The translations under genes and the position numbers were made by a program. From the NCBI GenBank assembly GCA_016748015.1, contig JAAOMT010000326.1, positions 38,483 to 102,482 on the forward strand: a stretch of DNA of 64,000 bases, in the 5' to 3' direction. Below the pieces are notes generated by a model. It was not told the DNA's origin and did not search any database. It was given only the letters and a program-made list of their open reading frames with translations. Of this stretch, positions 14,123-28,500 are shown one piece after another. The DNA comes from Geosiphon pyriformis uo1. Its lineage: Eukaryota; Fungi; Glomeromycota. Positions within the stretch are counted from its first letter, which is position 1, and each line of letters begins with the position of its first letter.

Positions 14123-15047
14123 TGTTACTTAAAGAAAAAAAGCTTATCAAAAAAAGAAAGAAAAACGTAATAAAACATAAAGAAACACAGAATAATATGC
14201 AATAATGTTGGATAATACATTATAACATAAGATAATGTGTTATAATGCAGAATAAGACAAAATAACATATTATAACATAGAATAATGTGTTATAATACAG
14301 GATAACACAGAATAATATGTAATAATGTCAAATAATATATTATAACATAGAATAATTAGTTATAACAGAAATAGCAAAGCAATAACTAACAATAACAAAA
14401 CAATTGAAAACAATCCTGTAAAACCAAAAGAATGTATAAAAGCAAGTAGTTATAGAAGTTAAAAAGACAGCCAAAAAAAAATTCCTGGCAAATTCAATAG
14501 AATTTATATTAATTTAGAACAATACTCCTTTCTTCAAAAGATAGTTTTCTATAATTTAAAGTGAAATTATTCTCTTATTAATAAAATTATTTATTATCAT
14601 CAAATTCATGTTATTATTTACTACTTAATCTATTGGCACAATAGTTCTTAATTATGGCTATTAACAGAACACTTATTTCTTATTTTATTTTATTTTATTT
14701 TATTTTATTTTCTTTTGTTGTTAACTAATTGATTAAGGATTAAGTGCTAAATTATTAATATCAAAAATTGCCTGGTAAAAGACCCCTGTGAATGGGTAGA
14801 AATCATAAAAACTACAGATTGCTTACCAGAGAATTGCCAGCCACTAAGCTGAGAAAAAAATTGATGGAATTGTGATTCCGGGAAGCTACAGATAAAACAA
14901 CTATTGAATCTCTGTCTATTATACAAAGAACTCAACCAAAATCTTTAGATACAAAAATCTTTAAATATTACCAATATAATTTAGCTATTAAGCACCAAGT
15001 TACGAGTTTGTTATTTGATTTGAGACTCCAAATAATCATCTATAACA
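14123..15047 (+). repeat. Solo LTR, mosaic of a B-like TATA region and an A-like U5
   Basis: tgttac...tataaca ends; no PBS after and no PPT before; flanks acat and ctgt do not match. Confidence 0.85.
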
Positions 15048-15413
15048 CTGTTTTTTTGCTTCTAATGCTACTGTTATATATACATATTTTTCTAGTTTTA
15101 CAGAATTGCTTTAAATTGTCTGTTCTTGCTAGTTATTGCTTCATTTTCTTATGTTATAACTAATTATTTTATGTTATAACACATTATCTAATATTATTAC
15201 ACTTATTCTGTGTTATCTTGTATTATAACACATTATCCTATATTATAATGTATTATTCTATATTATCTGGCATTATAACATATTATTCTATATTATAATG
15301 TATTATCCAACGTTATTGTATGTTATTCTGTGTCTATTCACATTTTGTCACGTTTTTCTTTAGATTACATTTTTTTTTCTTCTTTCTTTAATAGACTTTT
15401 TTTTCAAGTAATA
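15048..15413 (-). repeat. Truncated LTR (U3 to TATA), inverted relative to the solo LTR
   Basis: Reverse complement starts tattacttgaaaa, has the same gataatgtgttataac array as 14190-14370, and ends in the family A tatatata..ttagaagc..acag motif. Confidence 0.8.
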
Positions 15414-17584
15414 GTGTCAAAATACTCTAACTTTTATTATCTTATGATTCACTACCATATTAACCAAGGTTGAAAAAATAAAAATGTAGTTAATTGTTTT
15501 TTAACACTCTGAAAATTACTTTATATATATGCTTTAGCAACTAGACTTTCACACAAAAAATTGATCAGGCCTAAATCAAGACATTTTTTGAAACTGGTAC
15601 ACCTGTGAAAACCATTTTTATTGAAATTACTATCCAAGATAATAAAAGAAAATTCATTTACTATCTTTGTTATCAGATAGTTAATTTTACCAGTTTGAAA
15701 AAAACAAGCTGCCAAAGAAGTACCAGTGTAAAGCCCCAAAATTAAGACAAAAAGCTTATTCTTAAAGAGTAACTTGACAATAAAGAGCCACCCAGGCATT
15801 TCAAAAACTTTACATACATGTTTTACCAAAGAACTATTTATAATAATTGTAATATCAGAATCCAAATAACCAGAATTCAAACCAGATATAAACACCCATA
15901 TACCATCAAATTTGTTTATAATCCATGGATAAATCTTCCCTCTTAACTTAGTTTTGGCAACAACAAAAATCAAATTGTTCATATTCTTATATCAACAAAT
16001 AACATTTTCTTACTTAGCAGGATATTTATATCTCTAATATTACATGTGGCAATTTTTCAAACTAAATGATTTATTGAAAAGAAAGTAAGAAAAGTATACT
16101 ACCAGCTAGAACCAAACTGTCAAAACATGTCAACAAACTTAACACTAAAACAAAGAGACTCTTTAATATGTTTTCTAGCTTAACAACTTCAAGAGAAATA
16201 GAAAAACCTGAAATTTCAACAGTTTTGCCACTAGTGGTCTCACTCAAGTTTTCTCCTATTATTATATTACCCACTTAATTCTGTGATGAGAAAGAAATTA
16301 CTAGCAGCTGACATTTAGGGTTAGACTGGAAAACTGCCAGCACAAGTAATTTCAATCTCTTAGCCAATTCACCAATTCATCTTGTAAGACTGACAAGACT
16401 GTTTTTAATACTAACCAGACGTTTTTTCAACTCATTTACAACAGATGGGAGAGATTTCATCTTCAAAAAAGAACCAAAGCTAGCCAAACTATTATGTGCA
16501 GAAAAAAGAAGGAAAGAAAATTTACCAATAACCTTAGCCTAAGAAACACCACCAAAGAAGACAAAACAAGACACAAATGCTGAACACTTGGCATAAATAG
16601 ATGCCAACCTGCTTTTATCTGCCTCTGACTAAATCTTATAAGAAAAGCTACCAGAAGATATTTTCCCATTCAATATACAGTTCAATGATATATGACCAAA
16701 TTTTTTATACTTAATACACTTGGTAATACTAAGATAAGACCAATGCAAATTAAAATTCCTTAGCATGGGCATAATTTCTATAGTAGTGTTCAATGATTTA
16801 GCAGAATTAAAATAAACAACAACATATTTGCTTCTAATATATAAAACTGGATGACAATCAATAATATATGTTCTCCTACCTATTGAAACAATGAAGTTTC
16901 AGATGTCATAAGCATTAGTTTCTACAAGAAAAGTATAGAGCAGTATTCTATAAAAAATTTTAAAATTCCATGTTTGTTTATTAAGATCAGCCCTGGCCAC
17001 ATGAACAGCATTCTTCTTAATAAAAATAAACCACTTAAAAGCCAAAAGATCAGCTTAATTTTGATCTTCTAATTCAACAATTGCCTTTTGTCATAGGTCC
17101 ACCAGTTACATCTTAATTGATTTAATTAACCCAAATTCGGATAGCACAGCACACACAGCCTCAGCTGATGTTCTAATTAGAATTTCCTTCAACACTACAG
17201 CCTGATCTAAATGTTCAGTAGTTTTTTTAAGATTGGTGTTTATTATGATTTTTACACTAGTAATTATTTTGATGGCTTTTATCAAACCCATTTCAGAAGT
17301 AAATATTGCTCTAATGATTCCTAAAAATTTTAAGAGAGTAAAAGCTTCTTCAAAACTATTGATTTTTGAAAATAATTTTCTAATTACAACAAGCTTTTCT
17401 TGAGAGAATTTTCCAGCCATTTTATTCAAGCTAATATCCAAAGCAAAAGATTTTCTGACAAAAATATTAACCAAATTTTTCAAAAAAGAGAGAAAGAATA
17501 ATAAAGCATCTAACAAGACATTATTATTATTGCCATCACTTAAAAAATTGATTTTGTCCAATAGCTTTTTCAAAGCTTTTATAG
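15414..17584 (-). mobile_element. LINE-c: ORF1 and start of ORF2 (APE); continues at 47646
   Basis: ORF 15521-15982 is APE (AKTKLRGK...DSNFNKN), homologous to LINE-b and LINE-d; ORF1 pieces at 16071-16274, 16463-16669 and 17106-17584. Confidence 0.9.
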
Positions 17585-18427
17585 TGTTACTCATAGAAAA
17601 ATATAGAAAGAAAATAATAGAAAAAACAGATAGACCAATAGGAAAATAGTAGTTAGCACATGAGCACATTGTTCAAGCAATATAGAGCAATGTCAAAAAT
17701 TATGGTACATTGCTTAGCAATGTGGAACAATATTAGAAAAATAGGACACATTGCTCAAGAAATCATAGCACATTGCTTAGAAATATGAGCAATCTTATAG
17801 AACCTAAATTATATATATATAGCAAGAGCATTAGAAACAGAAAAAACAGATCTTTCAGTTTAAATTTTATTTAAGCAACCTTTTACATCACAAATATCAA
17901 TAAATAATTATTCACTATCTTAATTCACTTTCCACTATCAATACTTCATGTTGATAGTAATTTATACTTAACCATACTGGACCAATAGCTCTTGATCATG
18001 GCTATTGATAAGATATTAACTTATTATTGCCTTGGCTTATTTTTTTATTGTCTTTATTTTTTTTTATTTTTTTTTATTTTATTTTTTTTTGTTGTTGACT
18101 AATTGATTGAGGATTAAGTGCTGAATTATTAATATTAAGAATAGCCTGGTAAAAAACCCAAAAATAAGGGTAAAATTATATATATATTAATAGATAGCTT
18201 ACTAGAAAGGCATGACTGCCAGAATAAATCTGGCCATCAAGCTAAGAAAAAAATTGGATGGAATTGCAATTTCAAAAAGCTACTATAATCAATATTGAAT
18301 CTTTGTTCATTGTACAAAAAACTCTACAACAAAACCTTCAAATATTACCAACATTAATATATATTAATTGAACACCAAGTTATGAGTTTGTTATTTGATT
18401 TGAGACTCCAAATAATCACTTGTAACA
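17585..18427 (+). repeat. 5' LTR of A2
   Basis: tgttactcatag...tgtaaca followed by the PBS; matches 46784-47645. Confidence 0.95.
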
Positions 18428-18948
18428 TTTGGTGCTTTCTATGAGATATAATCCTACAGAAAACCAGCACCAACAGCAATCATTCAAAAGTGGCAGAATC
18501 AGAAATAATAAAAACAAACCATTTAGAATTTTCTAAATATTTATTTCAANNNNNNNNNNNNNNNNNNNNTAAAATTATATATATATTAATAGATAGCTTA
18601 CTAGAAAGGCATGACTGCCAGAATAAATCTGGCCATCAAGCTAAGAAAAAAATTGGATGGAATTGCAATTTCAAAAAGCTACTATAATCAATATTGAATC
18701 TTTGTTCATTGTACAAAAAACTCTACAACAAAACCTTCAAATATTACCAACATTAATATATATTAATTGAACACCAAGTTATGAGTTTGTTATTTGATTT
18801 GAGACTCCAAATAATCACTTGTAACATTTGGTGCTTTCTATGAGATATAATCCTACAGAAAACCAGCACCAACAGCAATCATTCAAAAGTGGCAGAATCA
18901 GAAATAATAAAAACAAACCATTTAGAATTTTCTAAATATTTATTTCAA
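18171..18948. other. Exact 379-bp duplication across a 20-N gap (probable scaffolding artefact)
   Basis: 18171-18549 appears identical to 18570-18948. Confidence 0.85.
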
Positions 18949-21544
18949 CAGTACAGCCAACAATTGGGCTTAACCAACCATTATCTAGTGGAATCAGCCT
19001 TCAACTTTTATGTTAACAAAAGAATCACAGATTTTTTTGGAAGACCAGTTGACATCAAATCAGCAAGAAAAAATTTTTATACAGAATTAATCCAACACAC
19101 CAGCTTACTATAAAATCATAGTTTTACACTAATCATTAGAGAAATTAATCAAAAAATTGAAAGATACACTCAACAACAATTCCCTATTACCTATGCAAAT
19201 AAGAGTAAAGAAAAGTTACAAACACAGCAGCAATCCCAAAAGAAATACAATTACCAATATGGAAGAAACAAAGAATTAAATCTCCACTATATCCATCATA
19301 TCATCACACACCCAGAAGTACTATCAATATTGTATCAGCAAACATGTCCACATTAAATGTGACATCAACATTTGGACAACTCCTATTTTAAAGTAAACAA
19401 AAGAAAACAGAATTATTGGGAACTTATGGTGATTACTTTAAAGGATTCAAATCATGATTTCCAACATCATCAAAATATTGATTACCATTATTTCAACCAG
19501 ATTTCGAAACTGCAAGTTTCTTAGAGATAATTAAATCAAAAGAAAAGAAAAATGACAATCAAGAATTTTACTACCACAATCTGATTGTAAAAACTCCAAT
19601 CATTCAAATTCAGCAAAATCAGAATAATCTAAACCTTGACATTAATAATCAACAATACTTACTTTTAGTAATTATTATCAACTCACCACCAGTTGCTACA
19701 CAACAATAGCCACTGTCACAATCTCAAATTCAATTACCACCTCAACAACAACAACAACAACCAAACTTGGATTCAATGGCCTACACCCCAATAGCAAAAC
19801 TCAAAAAGTTTACTGGCAAAGAAAATGATGCCCAAATATGGCTCAATAATGTTGAAAAAACCATTATGGCCAATGGATGGAATGACATAAGAGCCTTCCA
19901 AGCCATTCCATATTTTCTCCAGAATACTGTTGACTCATGATATCAAAGCCTGGTGAACAAACTCTAAGATTTCAATGTATTTAAGCTTGAGTTCTTACAA
20001 TATTTCAGCAATAATAACAGCATTAACTGCTTAGTTAACATTGTCACTACTATTAAACAAAGAGAAACTAAAGCAGTCACTACTTATTTGGAATGTTTTT
20101 ACAGAAATCTGTGCCAAATTCAAACAATTCAAGCTGATTATTTTACTGCACCACAAATTTTGAATCAATTTATTAGAGGCCTGCACAATAGCATTCTTCA
20201 ACATATATGTTTATTACATTTGACAGATCTTCAAGCCACTGTCATCAACACCAGAGATTTTGAAGCCACTAAATTAGAAGCCAACCATGCCCAAGCCATA
20301 AATCTAATAATGAATAGATTATCTGACTTGGATTCCAAATTGAAACAATTCAGTAATTCAATCAATCAGAAATTAGAGAAATACTTAGCTAACAACAATT
20401 AGACAATTTATCAACCTTCACAACAACACAGCAATTAAAAAAACTCTAATTGTTTCCAAAATTAATTATGTTTATTATTGTCAACCAATCAACAGTAGCA
20501 ACAAGAAACACATGTTTGTCACTATTGTGGTAAACAAAAACACCTGCAAATCAATTGCCACTATTGCTTAAATAATCAATAATCAAGAAGTCAATATTAA
20601 AACTCTGATTGCTAGTTTCAAACTCAGAAATATTAACCAAACTCAGAACTATATTAATTGGATTACCTACTAGTAATGCAGCCACCAATTTATTAAGCAC
20701 CAATAATGCAGCAATTATATTCACCCCTAGTATATCAGCCTCCAGTACCAGTTATTTATCAACCACAGCCACAAGTAATATATCAACCTCAGCAAATTTA
20801 AACACTACCACAAATTTCAACCCTAATGTCACATGGAAACCAAAAACCAAGAACCATCCAACAAAACTGAAGATCAGCAATAGTTGTTCATTAACCAATT
20901 CCCAGTTTATCAAATCAACTATCAGGATTGCAACAGTGGAGTTCGAGAACCAGATACAATCAAAATCTAAATTCTCAGAACTATTTAAGTTTCTTGGTCA
21001 CTTCAGGAGACACCACATTTAACAAATAGGAAACCAACCAAGAGCCATTTATTAGCAATATATCTCCAGCAACTATTATGAAAGACAAATCTCTTGCAGC
21101 CATTTTTCTCTTTAAACTTAAGAAATCAGCAATGCTTCTTTTTAGTGAAATCATACTCAATACCAAATTCATTACTGTTATGTATACTAACACCAAAGTC
21201 AATAGTCAGACCATTAAACTGATTCTGAACACTAGGTTAGCAGGCAGTATTATTACACAACAACTTATAAACCAATTAAGTTGTCAGGTTAATTATGCTG
21301 TCAGCACCAGAATAATAATGACTAATAAAACAACCAAAACTTCTATTGACAAGATTGATGATTTCTCATTTGAAGTTAATGGTATTATTACACCAATCAA
21401 AGTTTTGGTGATGAAAGCTACACAGTAACAAGCACTAGTTGGTAATGATTGGCTATTCAAAACCAATGTTGTGCTTGACTGTAACATGCAAAAGCTACAG
21501 CTTAGTCAGAATTGATGACATACAAGAGTGCCAGTTATGTGTGG
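18889..21544 (+). pseudogene. A2 gag and aspartic protease (left part of ORF1)
   Basis: MAYTPIAKLKKFTG capsid start ~19776; ILNQFIRGL; CHYCGKQKHLQINC knuckle ~20517-20558; IKLILNTRLAGSII (decayed DSG). Confidence 0.9.
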
Positions 21545-22425
21545 TGTTATCAGAGGTTTTTGGTCTCTTTTTTTGAATGCTGTTAATGTTGATTTGCTGT
21601 AAATTCATGTTCTTAAAAAGTAGTTGGACCTTCAGTAACTGAATTTATTTTCAAATTATCTCCTATAATTTGAACTGCTGGGCTTATAAGTAGAATGGCC
21701 AATTTTGTGCCAGTTACTTTGTGTAGTTATATTGTAGTAAATGTTAACTCTTTCTCAGAAATTGCTTATCTAGAAGCTTACTAAAAATGTGTAGTTATTT
21801 TGCTGTGAAAATCAACTTTTCTACAGGAATCTCGTCTGTAGACTATCCTAATGATTATAATAAGAAAAGAACAAAAAAATAAAAAAAATACAAAAGAAAT
21901 AAAATTCTGTTAAGAGAAACGTTTTCTATCCAAACCTGAAATTACTAACAATTTACTGAAATTGGTAGCTAATCAATTTCGAAATGTTAGTTGTGTTTGA
22001 GGGAATTTCAAGTATAATAATTTAAGAATTTGGTTTTCAAATATTTAATTTTTATTTGAATGTGTAAAAAATGATTTGTTCTAATTAAGATATCTAAAGT
22101 AATATATTATGTTAAGATACTATGAAAAGATACATTTTCTTGAAAAAAGAGGTTCTTTTTTTATACAACTTGTTGTAATACTAGTTTTTAAACTTGCACT
22201 TTTCTCTTTGCTACAATTTGGATAAATTAAAGATACATTTCAGCAAATTACAAGTTATTTTACTAAACTATTGATTATTTTAGCCAATTTTCATTAATTT
22301 CGGCAAATTTTGACTATGTTAAATGGTTTAAGGTATTGTGTAATTTGATCATCTTAATTTCTATTGTACAAATCAGATTATTGATTAAGTAATAATATTT
22401 GATAATTTGATTAAATAATAAGTAA
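21545..22425 (-). repeat. 3' LTR of C1, left segment (remainder 32304-32394)
   Basis: Colinear with 40344-41224; interrupted by B1. Confidence 0.95.
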
Positions 22426-23325
22426 TGTTATAAGTAAACTTGTTGGAATATGGTAATAACATTTGGTGTTTTACTTTTGCTCTTTCCACAGTATTAGTGT
22501 TATCAGTCTTTGAAAGTCTATTTCTAGATGTGAATTTACCCATTGAGTTTTTTGGTTATAAGGCACAAAGTTTGTTTTTTATTAATTGCAATGTTTTTCA
22601 TAAATGTGAACTTTTTTCTCCATGCTAATGAGCACAGTTATTAGGATCTGGCATTGTCTTTTTGCTTTTCTGATAAACTACTAAGATAACATTAATATCC
22701 AAAACTTTGAGGGAGCTTCCTTCTTTTACCAGACTATTACAAAGTCTATTCCAAGACAGTCAATTTTTCTATGTTGCTGCTCCAAACAAAAGAAAAAAAA
22801 AAAAGAAAATAAAGAAAAAAATTAGTTTCCATCAATTGCTGTGATCAAAAGCAATTGGTCCAAATTGTTAAAAGTTCAAGACATTTATGCTAATGGCATC
22901 TGTTTCAGAACAAGGTAGAAAATATTGATTTTAATTTCAATTAAAATTCATAAAATTGGAAAACATAAATTGGTAAATTGAATTTTGTGGTTTTTTTGAT
23001 AATTATTGTATTTCAGACTATAAATATATGATAAATAGGATACAAAATAAAAATTGATTACTAACTAACTGTCTTTTTTTTAACTTCTATACCTACTTGC
23101 TTTTATATATTCTTTTGGTTTTATAGAATTGCTTTCAATTGCTTTACTATTGCTAGCTATTGTTTTATTATTGCTAGCTATTGCTCATTATTGCTAGTTA
23201 TTGCTTATTATTGCTAGTTATTGCTCATGTTTGTTCTATGTTATCTCGAGTTGTACTGTGTTTTTCTTGTCACATTTTTTTGTCATGTTTTTCCATAGCT
23301 TTTTGGTTTTTCTATTCGAGTAACA
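22426..23325 (-). repeat. 3' LTR of B1
   Basis: Plus strand tgttat...gagtaaca, adjacent to the PPT; matches 31381-32299. Confidence 0.95.
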
Positions 23326-23339
23326 TTATCTCTCTCTTT

Positions 23340-25523
23340 TTAAAATTGAGCTCCTGCAAAATCATCTATTTCAGCCAAGTTTGTGTTTTTGGTAAAAAAC
23401 TCGAATGTTGCTCCCAGTATTGCTTTTTGTAGAACTTCAAATTAGGTGTTTGTCATTTGTTCTATGTTGTTGACTGTAATAGTTTTCAAAGTTTCATCTA
23501 GTAATATTGTTAAATAGTGTTTAAATACTGTATATAGCCAGTATGTTGTTTTGTAATATAAGTTTAAGTTGGTTTTTCTCACAAATTTTTCTACTTGTCT
23601 GTAAGCTTCTTTGTTGATTGTTTAATGGTTGAGGTTTTTGTATAGGCTATTTAGTTCTAATTGTAATCCAATTTTAAATAGCCAATAGATGAGTAGAAGT
23701 TTTTTTTTCTATTTCTTTGCATTTTCAGATGTCCATTTTTCTGTTACTGGCTCTGGTGTTTGTCTGTTCAGATCCTTTTTTATTTCCTTAATTCTCACCC
23801 AACACAGTTCCATTTCTGTCATCTTTTTTTTCTTTTTAGTTGTGTCAAGTTCTATTCACATCATATCCCTTTTTTTTTTCTTTTATAGAGAGAGGTTTGC
23901 TTGTAAAAGTGAAACAGCTTAGTTCTAGTTGAACTTTTGTCCATCTCTTTCTTGCTCCTATCTCTGTATTGTATTTTTTTTTATCAATTGTAATTTCTAT
24001 TTGAGCAGAAGATTGTTGAATTGCATTAAACAGTTGTTTCAAAAGTTGTAGAATTTGATCTAAAAAGTTTATGTTGAAAAGATTTTATTGTTTTTTTGTC
24101 ATTTTCTGGATGGTATATATACTTGAATTTTCCAATTTAATTTGCTATATGTTGTTTATGTTTTGATAACAATGATTGGTTCCAGATTTCATGATATATC
24201 TTCTGGTCTGATTAATAGAATTTGTGTTCCTAGTTGAGGTATTAATGATAATAACTGTTGTTTCACATGATAAATTTTTAATTGATTCCCATGAGCTATT
24301 TTTTTCAAAATCTTATCTTTTAATTGTAATTTGTAAGCTCCATTTCCTAAAGCTTCATGTATGTGAAATAAGCCATCCCACTTTGGGTCAAACTTTCCAC
24401 TCCATTGTTTCTCCACTTTTGTATAATATAATAGTACTTGGTCTTTAATCTTAAATTCCATTGGTTGTTTGAGTAGGCAATTATTATGTCTTTTTTTTTG
24501 TCATTCTTGAGCATTGCTAATATTGTCAGCTGTTGTTCTACAATTGTTTTCTAATGTTTCTATTAACTGGTATGTTCTTTAATATAAGATAGCTTCAAAA
24601 TTTTTTTTGTTAATAGTTTTTGTTGGGTAGAACACTATTTTTCATTCAATAGGTAGTATTGCTTTTCTTCCATAAACTAATTCAAATAGTGTAAACTGTG
24701 TCATATTTTGCTTTAATGTTTGATATGTAAAGAATACAAAAAGTATAAATAAGTCCCATTCTTGTTTGTTTTCATAACTTATTTTTACTAATGATTCACA
24801 TAATTTTCTGTTAAACTATTCTACCAGTTTATTTGTTTGTGAGTAATATGGTAATAATAGAAGTTGTTTTATACCAAATTGTTAACACAATTCAGTTAAC
24901 ATAGTATTAACAAAATGTATTTTTTAGTCTGATAACAATTCTTTTGGACATCTATGTCTGCATATTAGATCTTGGTGTACAAATTCAGCTATTGTTTTGG
25001 CATTAGCTACTTGGATTGCTCTGACTTCTGGCCATTTTGTAAGGTAGTCTACAGCTACTGCATTATAATAATTTTCTTTAGATATAATCAAGAGAAGACC
25101 AACCAAATCAATCCCAATTCTATCAAATGAATTTCCAACTGAAATGGGTTGAAGTGGTTCTGTTACTTTGACTCCTCCTCTTTACTGGCATGAGTTACAA
25201 TTGAGAACATATTCGAAGATATCCTTATACATCATAGGTCAATAGTATAGATTTGTTGTTCTTTCTAAAATTGTGTCTTTGTTGAAGTGTTCTACAGTTG
25301 GGTCAAAATACATACTATATAATATAGCTTCTTTTTTATTATTCTTGATCAACTGTTGTGGGGTAGTGTGGTTTTGTTATTTTTAACAATAGAGTTGGTC
25401 ATTTTGAATAAAGTAATTTTACACTCGTTTTTGCATAGTATTTTGTTCCTGTTCAGATAAAATCTTCTTGAAATGTAGTGTTAATAGGTACTGATGTAAT
25501 TGCTAATAAGTAAGTGTATCCAT
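23340..25523 (-). pseudogene. B1 ORF2: integrase plus C-terminal extension
   Basis: Starts MDTLTY; GIDLVG, AVDYLTKWPE, LLSD, KWDGLF; ends DFAGAQF*. Confidence 0.9.
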
Positions 25524-25533
25524 GAGTCTGAGA

Positions 25534-28500
25534 TTAGATTTGTAGCATTCTTAACAAACTGTTAATATTGGTGTTCTTGGATTTTTCTTTGTAATGAACT
25601 TTGAGTAAGAATTGTTGCAGATAAGTACTCTATCTTGCATATTTTTTTTCCAGCTGTGGATTATTGAGTAGCCAGATTAATTTTTTATGATTAGTATATA
25701 GGTCAAATAATTGGCTCAGGTAATGTTTCCAGATTTGTACAGCCCAATAAATGGCAAAACTAGTCTGTTGCACTATATATCTTTTCCACTAGACTTGTGT
25801 TATGGCTAGCATATGCAATTGGATGTTCTTTTTTGTCTAGTCCAATCTGAAATAAGACAGCTCTTAGTGTATTTTTCAAGGCATTCATAGCAACAATGAA
25901 ACATTTGGTGAAATCTGGGTAGATCAATACTAAAGAGGTGATTAACTACTGTTTAAGATAGTCAAATGTTTTCTGTTGTTCCTTCTTCTATCAGTATAGT
26001 ACGTGCTTAGATAGCAAATAATAAAGTGGTTTTGTAATGGTTGAAAAATCTTTGATGAACTGTTAGTAATATCCTGCTAATTCTAGAAATCCATGTAATT
26101 CTCAAAGATTGATGGAGGCTCAAAAATCTTTGACTTTCTGGATTTTGTTTGGATCAAGTTTGACTTTGTCTTTGCCAATTATATGTTCTAAGAATTTCAG
26201 CTTGGTTTTCCCAAAGAAGTATTTGTTGGAGTTAAGTTTTAGTTCAGCATTTTAAAAATGTTCGAAGACTTATTGGAGGTGTAGCAAATATTTGTCAAAC
26301 ATTTCTGAGAACATGTTTGTGTTGTCTAAATAAATTATGACTGATTTTTATAGGATTCTCTTATATACGATGTCCATAAGACATTGGAAGATGGTGAAAA
26401 CATTGCAAAGTTCAAAGAGCATTACATTAAATTCAAAATTTCTGTCTTGGGTGGTAAATGCTATTTTTTTTTTGTCTTTTGGATCTATTTTAACTTGTCA
26501 ATATCTACTGGCTAGATCTAGTAATGAGAACCATTTCTTTTTTCCTAAGTTGTTTAGGATTTTTTGGATAAGAAAAGTGAAATAGCTATCTCTTTGGGTA
26601 ATTCTATTTAATTTCTGGTAATCCTCACAGAATCATATCTTTCCATTTTTCTTTGTAACTAAGACTATTGGAGAGAACCAAGGGCTTAATAATTCTTTAA
26701 TCAGTCTGTTGTCAAGCATTCATTGTACTTCCTGCTTAATTAGATTATCACTAGATGGGAATACATGGTAAGCTTGCTGCTTAATAGATCAAGCATCTCC
26801 AGCATCAATCTGGTGTTTTACAATGTCAGTGTGTTCAAACTTATTTTTACTGGCAAAGACATCAGTGTATTGGTTTAATAAAATCTTCAATTGCATTTGC
26901 TATAAAGTGCTCAGGTTTTCCAAATTGAGTTTATTAATTTTTTTCAGTGAGAACAAGTAACTTTTCTTTGGCAGGTTCTATACTTGTAAAGTAATATCAC
27001 AGAACAAGAACAATTGAGTGAAATTTGGAATAAGCTGAGGTTTTTCTGAATTCTGAATATCTAAAGATATAGAACCAATGAGAGTTCCCTCAGGAATTTT
27101 GATAACATTTTTGGTTGGATTGTGAATAGAAATTCTGAAGTGCTTATGAGCTTTGGCTGGTAAATACAGATTAGCGACGTCAGTTAGCAAGCAGATTTCA
27201 GGATTGGCCTTAAAGATTAGTGCTTAGTTCTGAATTTTTTGGTTAACTTTGAGAATATACTGCTGATAAGGAGGGATAGAAATAATGGTGTTGGTGTAGA
27301 TAAGTTCTACTTGGTCATTATTCTCTTCCATAAAATTAACCATTATGTTTTTCTTCTACTTGAGCCAAACCCATTGATTCTTTGGACAGTAAGGCCTAAT
27401 TTTTCTTAGGTGGTAATTGGGGCTAGTTGGAGTATTTTGACTAAAGGTAAGAAGATGGCTTGGATGATCTTTTTATGGAATTCGATCTTATAGAGTTTGT
27501 CTGAATTGTTCTGTAATATTACAATGATGTTTTCTATATATTTGGCATTGATAATTTCTCCTTTTACATCAATTTTTTTCTTTGTAAGGCTCAATCTAAA
27601 CATTACTTGTACCATGGTGCTAACATGAATTTCTAATGTTATTTTGAGATTTATTCTTACCAGAGAATATAGGACTATAACTATGGGTAACTGTTCAGAA
27701 TATTTTAAGTCAAAACCTGTATTGGTTTTGTGTGCTTTTTCTGGGCATATTCCTTCATTGTTGTTACTGTACCATTTTAATTCTAATTCTTTGGAGAGAT
27801 TGGAGTATGCAAGATATTGTTCTATTTTGGTAATCTGATTTGGTTCTTGAAATAACATGTTCTTGGTGAGTAATTCCTCTTCTTTTTTAGGCTCAGATAA
27901 TTTAATGACTGAATATAAGATTCTGGGAGGTGGGTTAAACATGAAATTACATTCATTGCAGTATTAGAAGTGGCAAGGAATTAAGCAGTGATCTTATAGT
28001 TTGGTATTTAGATCAGCTAGTTACTGTTCTTGCTCTTCTTAGATCAGAGCCAATTCCTGATATTGGTTCTGAAATGTATTGGAGTTATTTGTGAAAAAAT
28101 CATTTGCAGGATAGTTAAGTCCATTATATTTGGATGTCCAAGGGTTGTCTTTGATTTTTTGTATCTCTTTGGGTGTGGTGTCTTCAGCTTTGGCACTTGC
28201 CATTCTTCAGATTTTGTGATCATTGTGTGAATAACCATCCAGTCTATTGAGTGCTCATTTCCAAGTGTCTTTGATAAGAGTTCCCTTTCATATCCAATTG
28301 TTGATTAATATAATGTATTGACAAGTCTTATTGCATGTTTTTCCTCTGTCAGACACATCATTCCAGAGTCTTTCATCAGGCAGGATCTTGTCACATACAA
28401 GACATAACATGTTGTCTTACTTATCTGGTCATTTTGGTCATCCAAATCTTTTCAGTATACAAGATCTACATTAGTATTTGGTAGCAGTGAGCCATTCTTC

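Noticed and set aside
14190-14370. Short spaced repeats resembling a CRISPR array or satellite
   Set aside because: Degenerate tandem units inside LTR U3, no unique spacers, no cas genes, eukaryotic context
18570-18948. Apparent second LTR end, PBS and gag start in A2
   Set aside because: Identical copy across a 20-N gap in hypermutated DNA; a contig overlap artefact, as at 7286-7905
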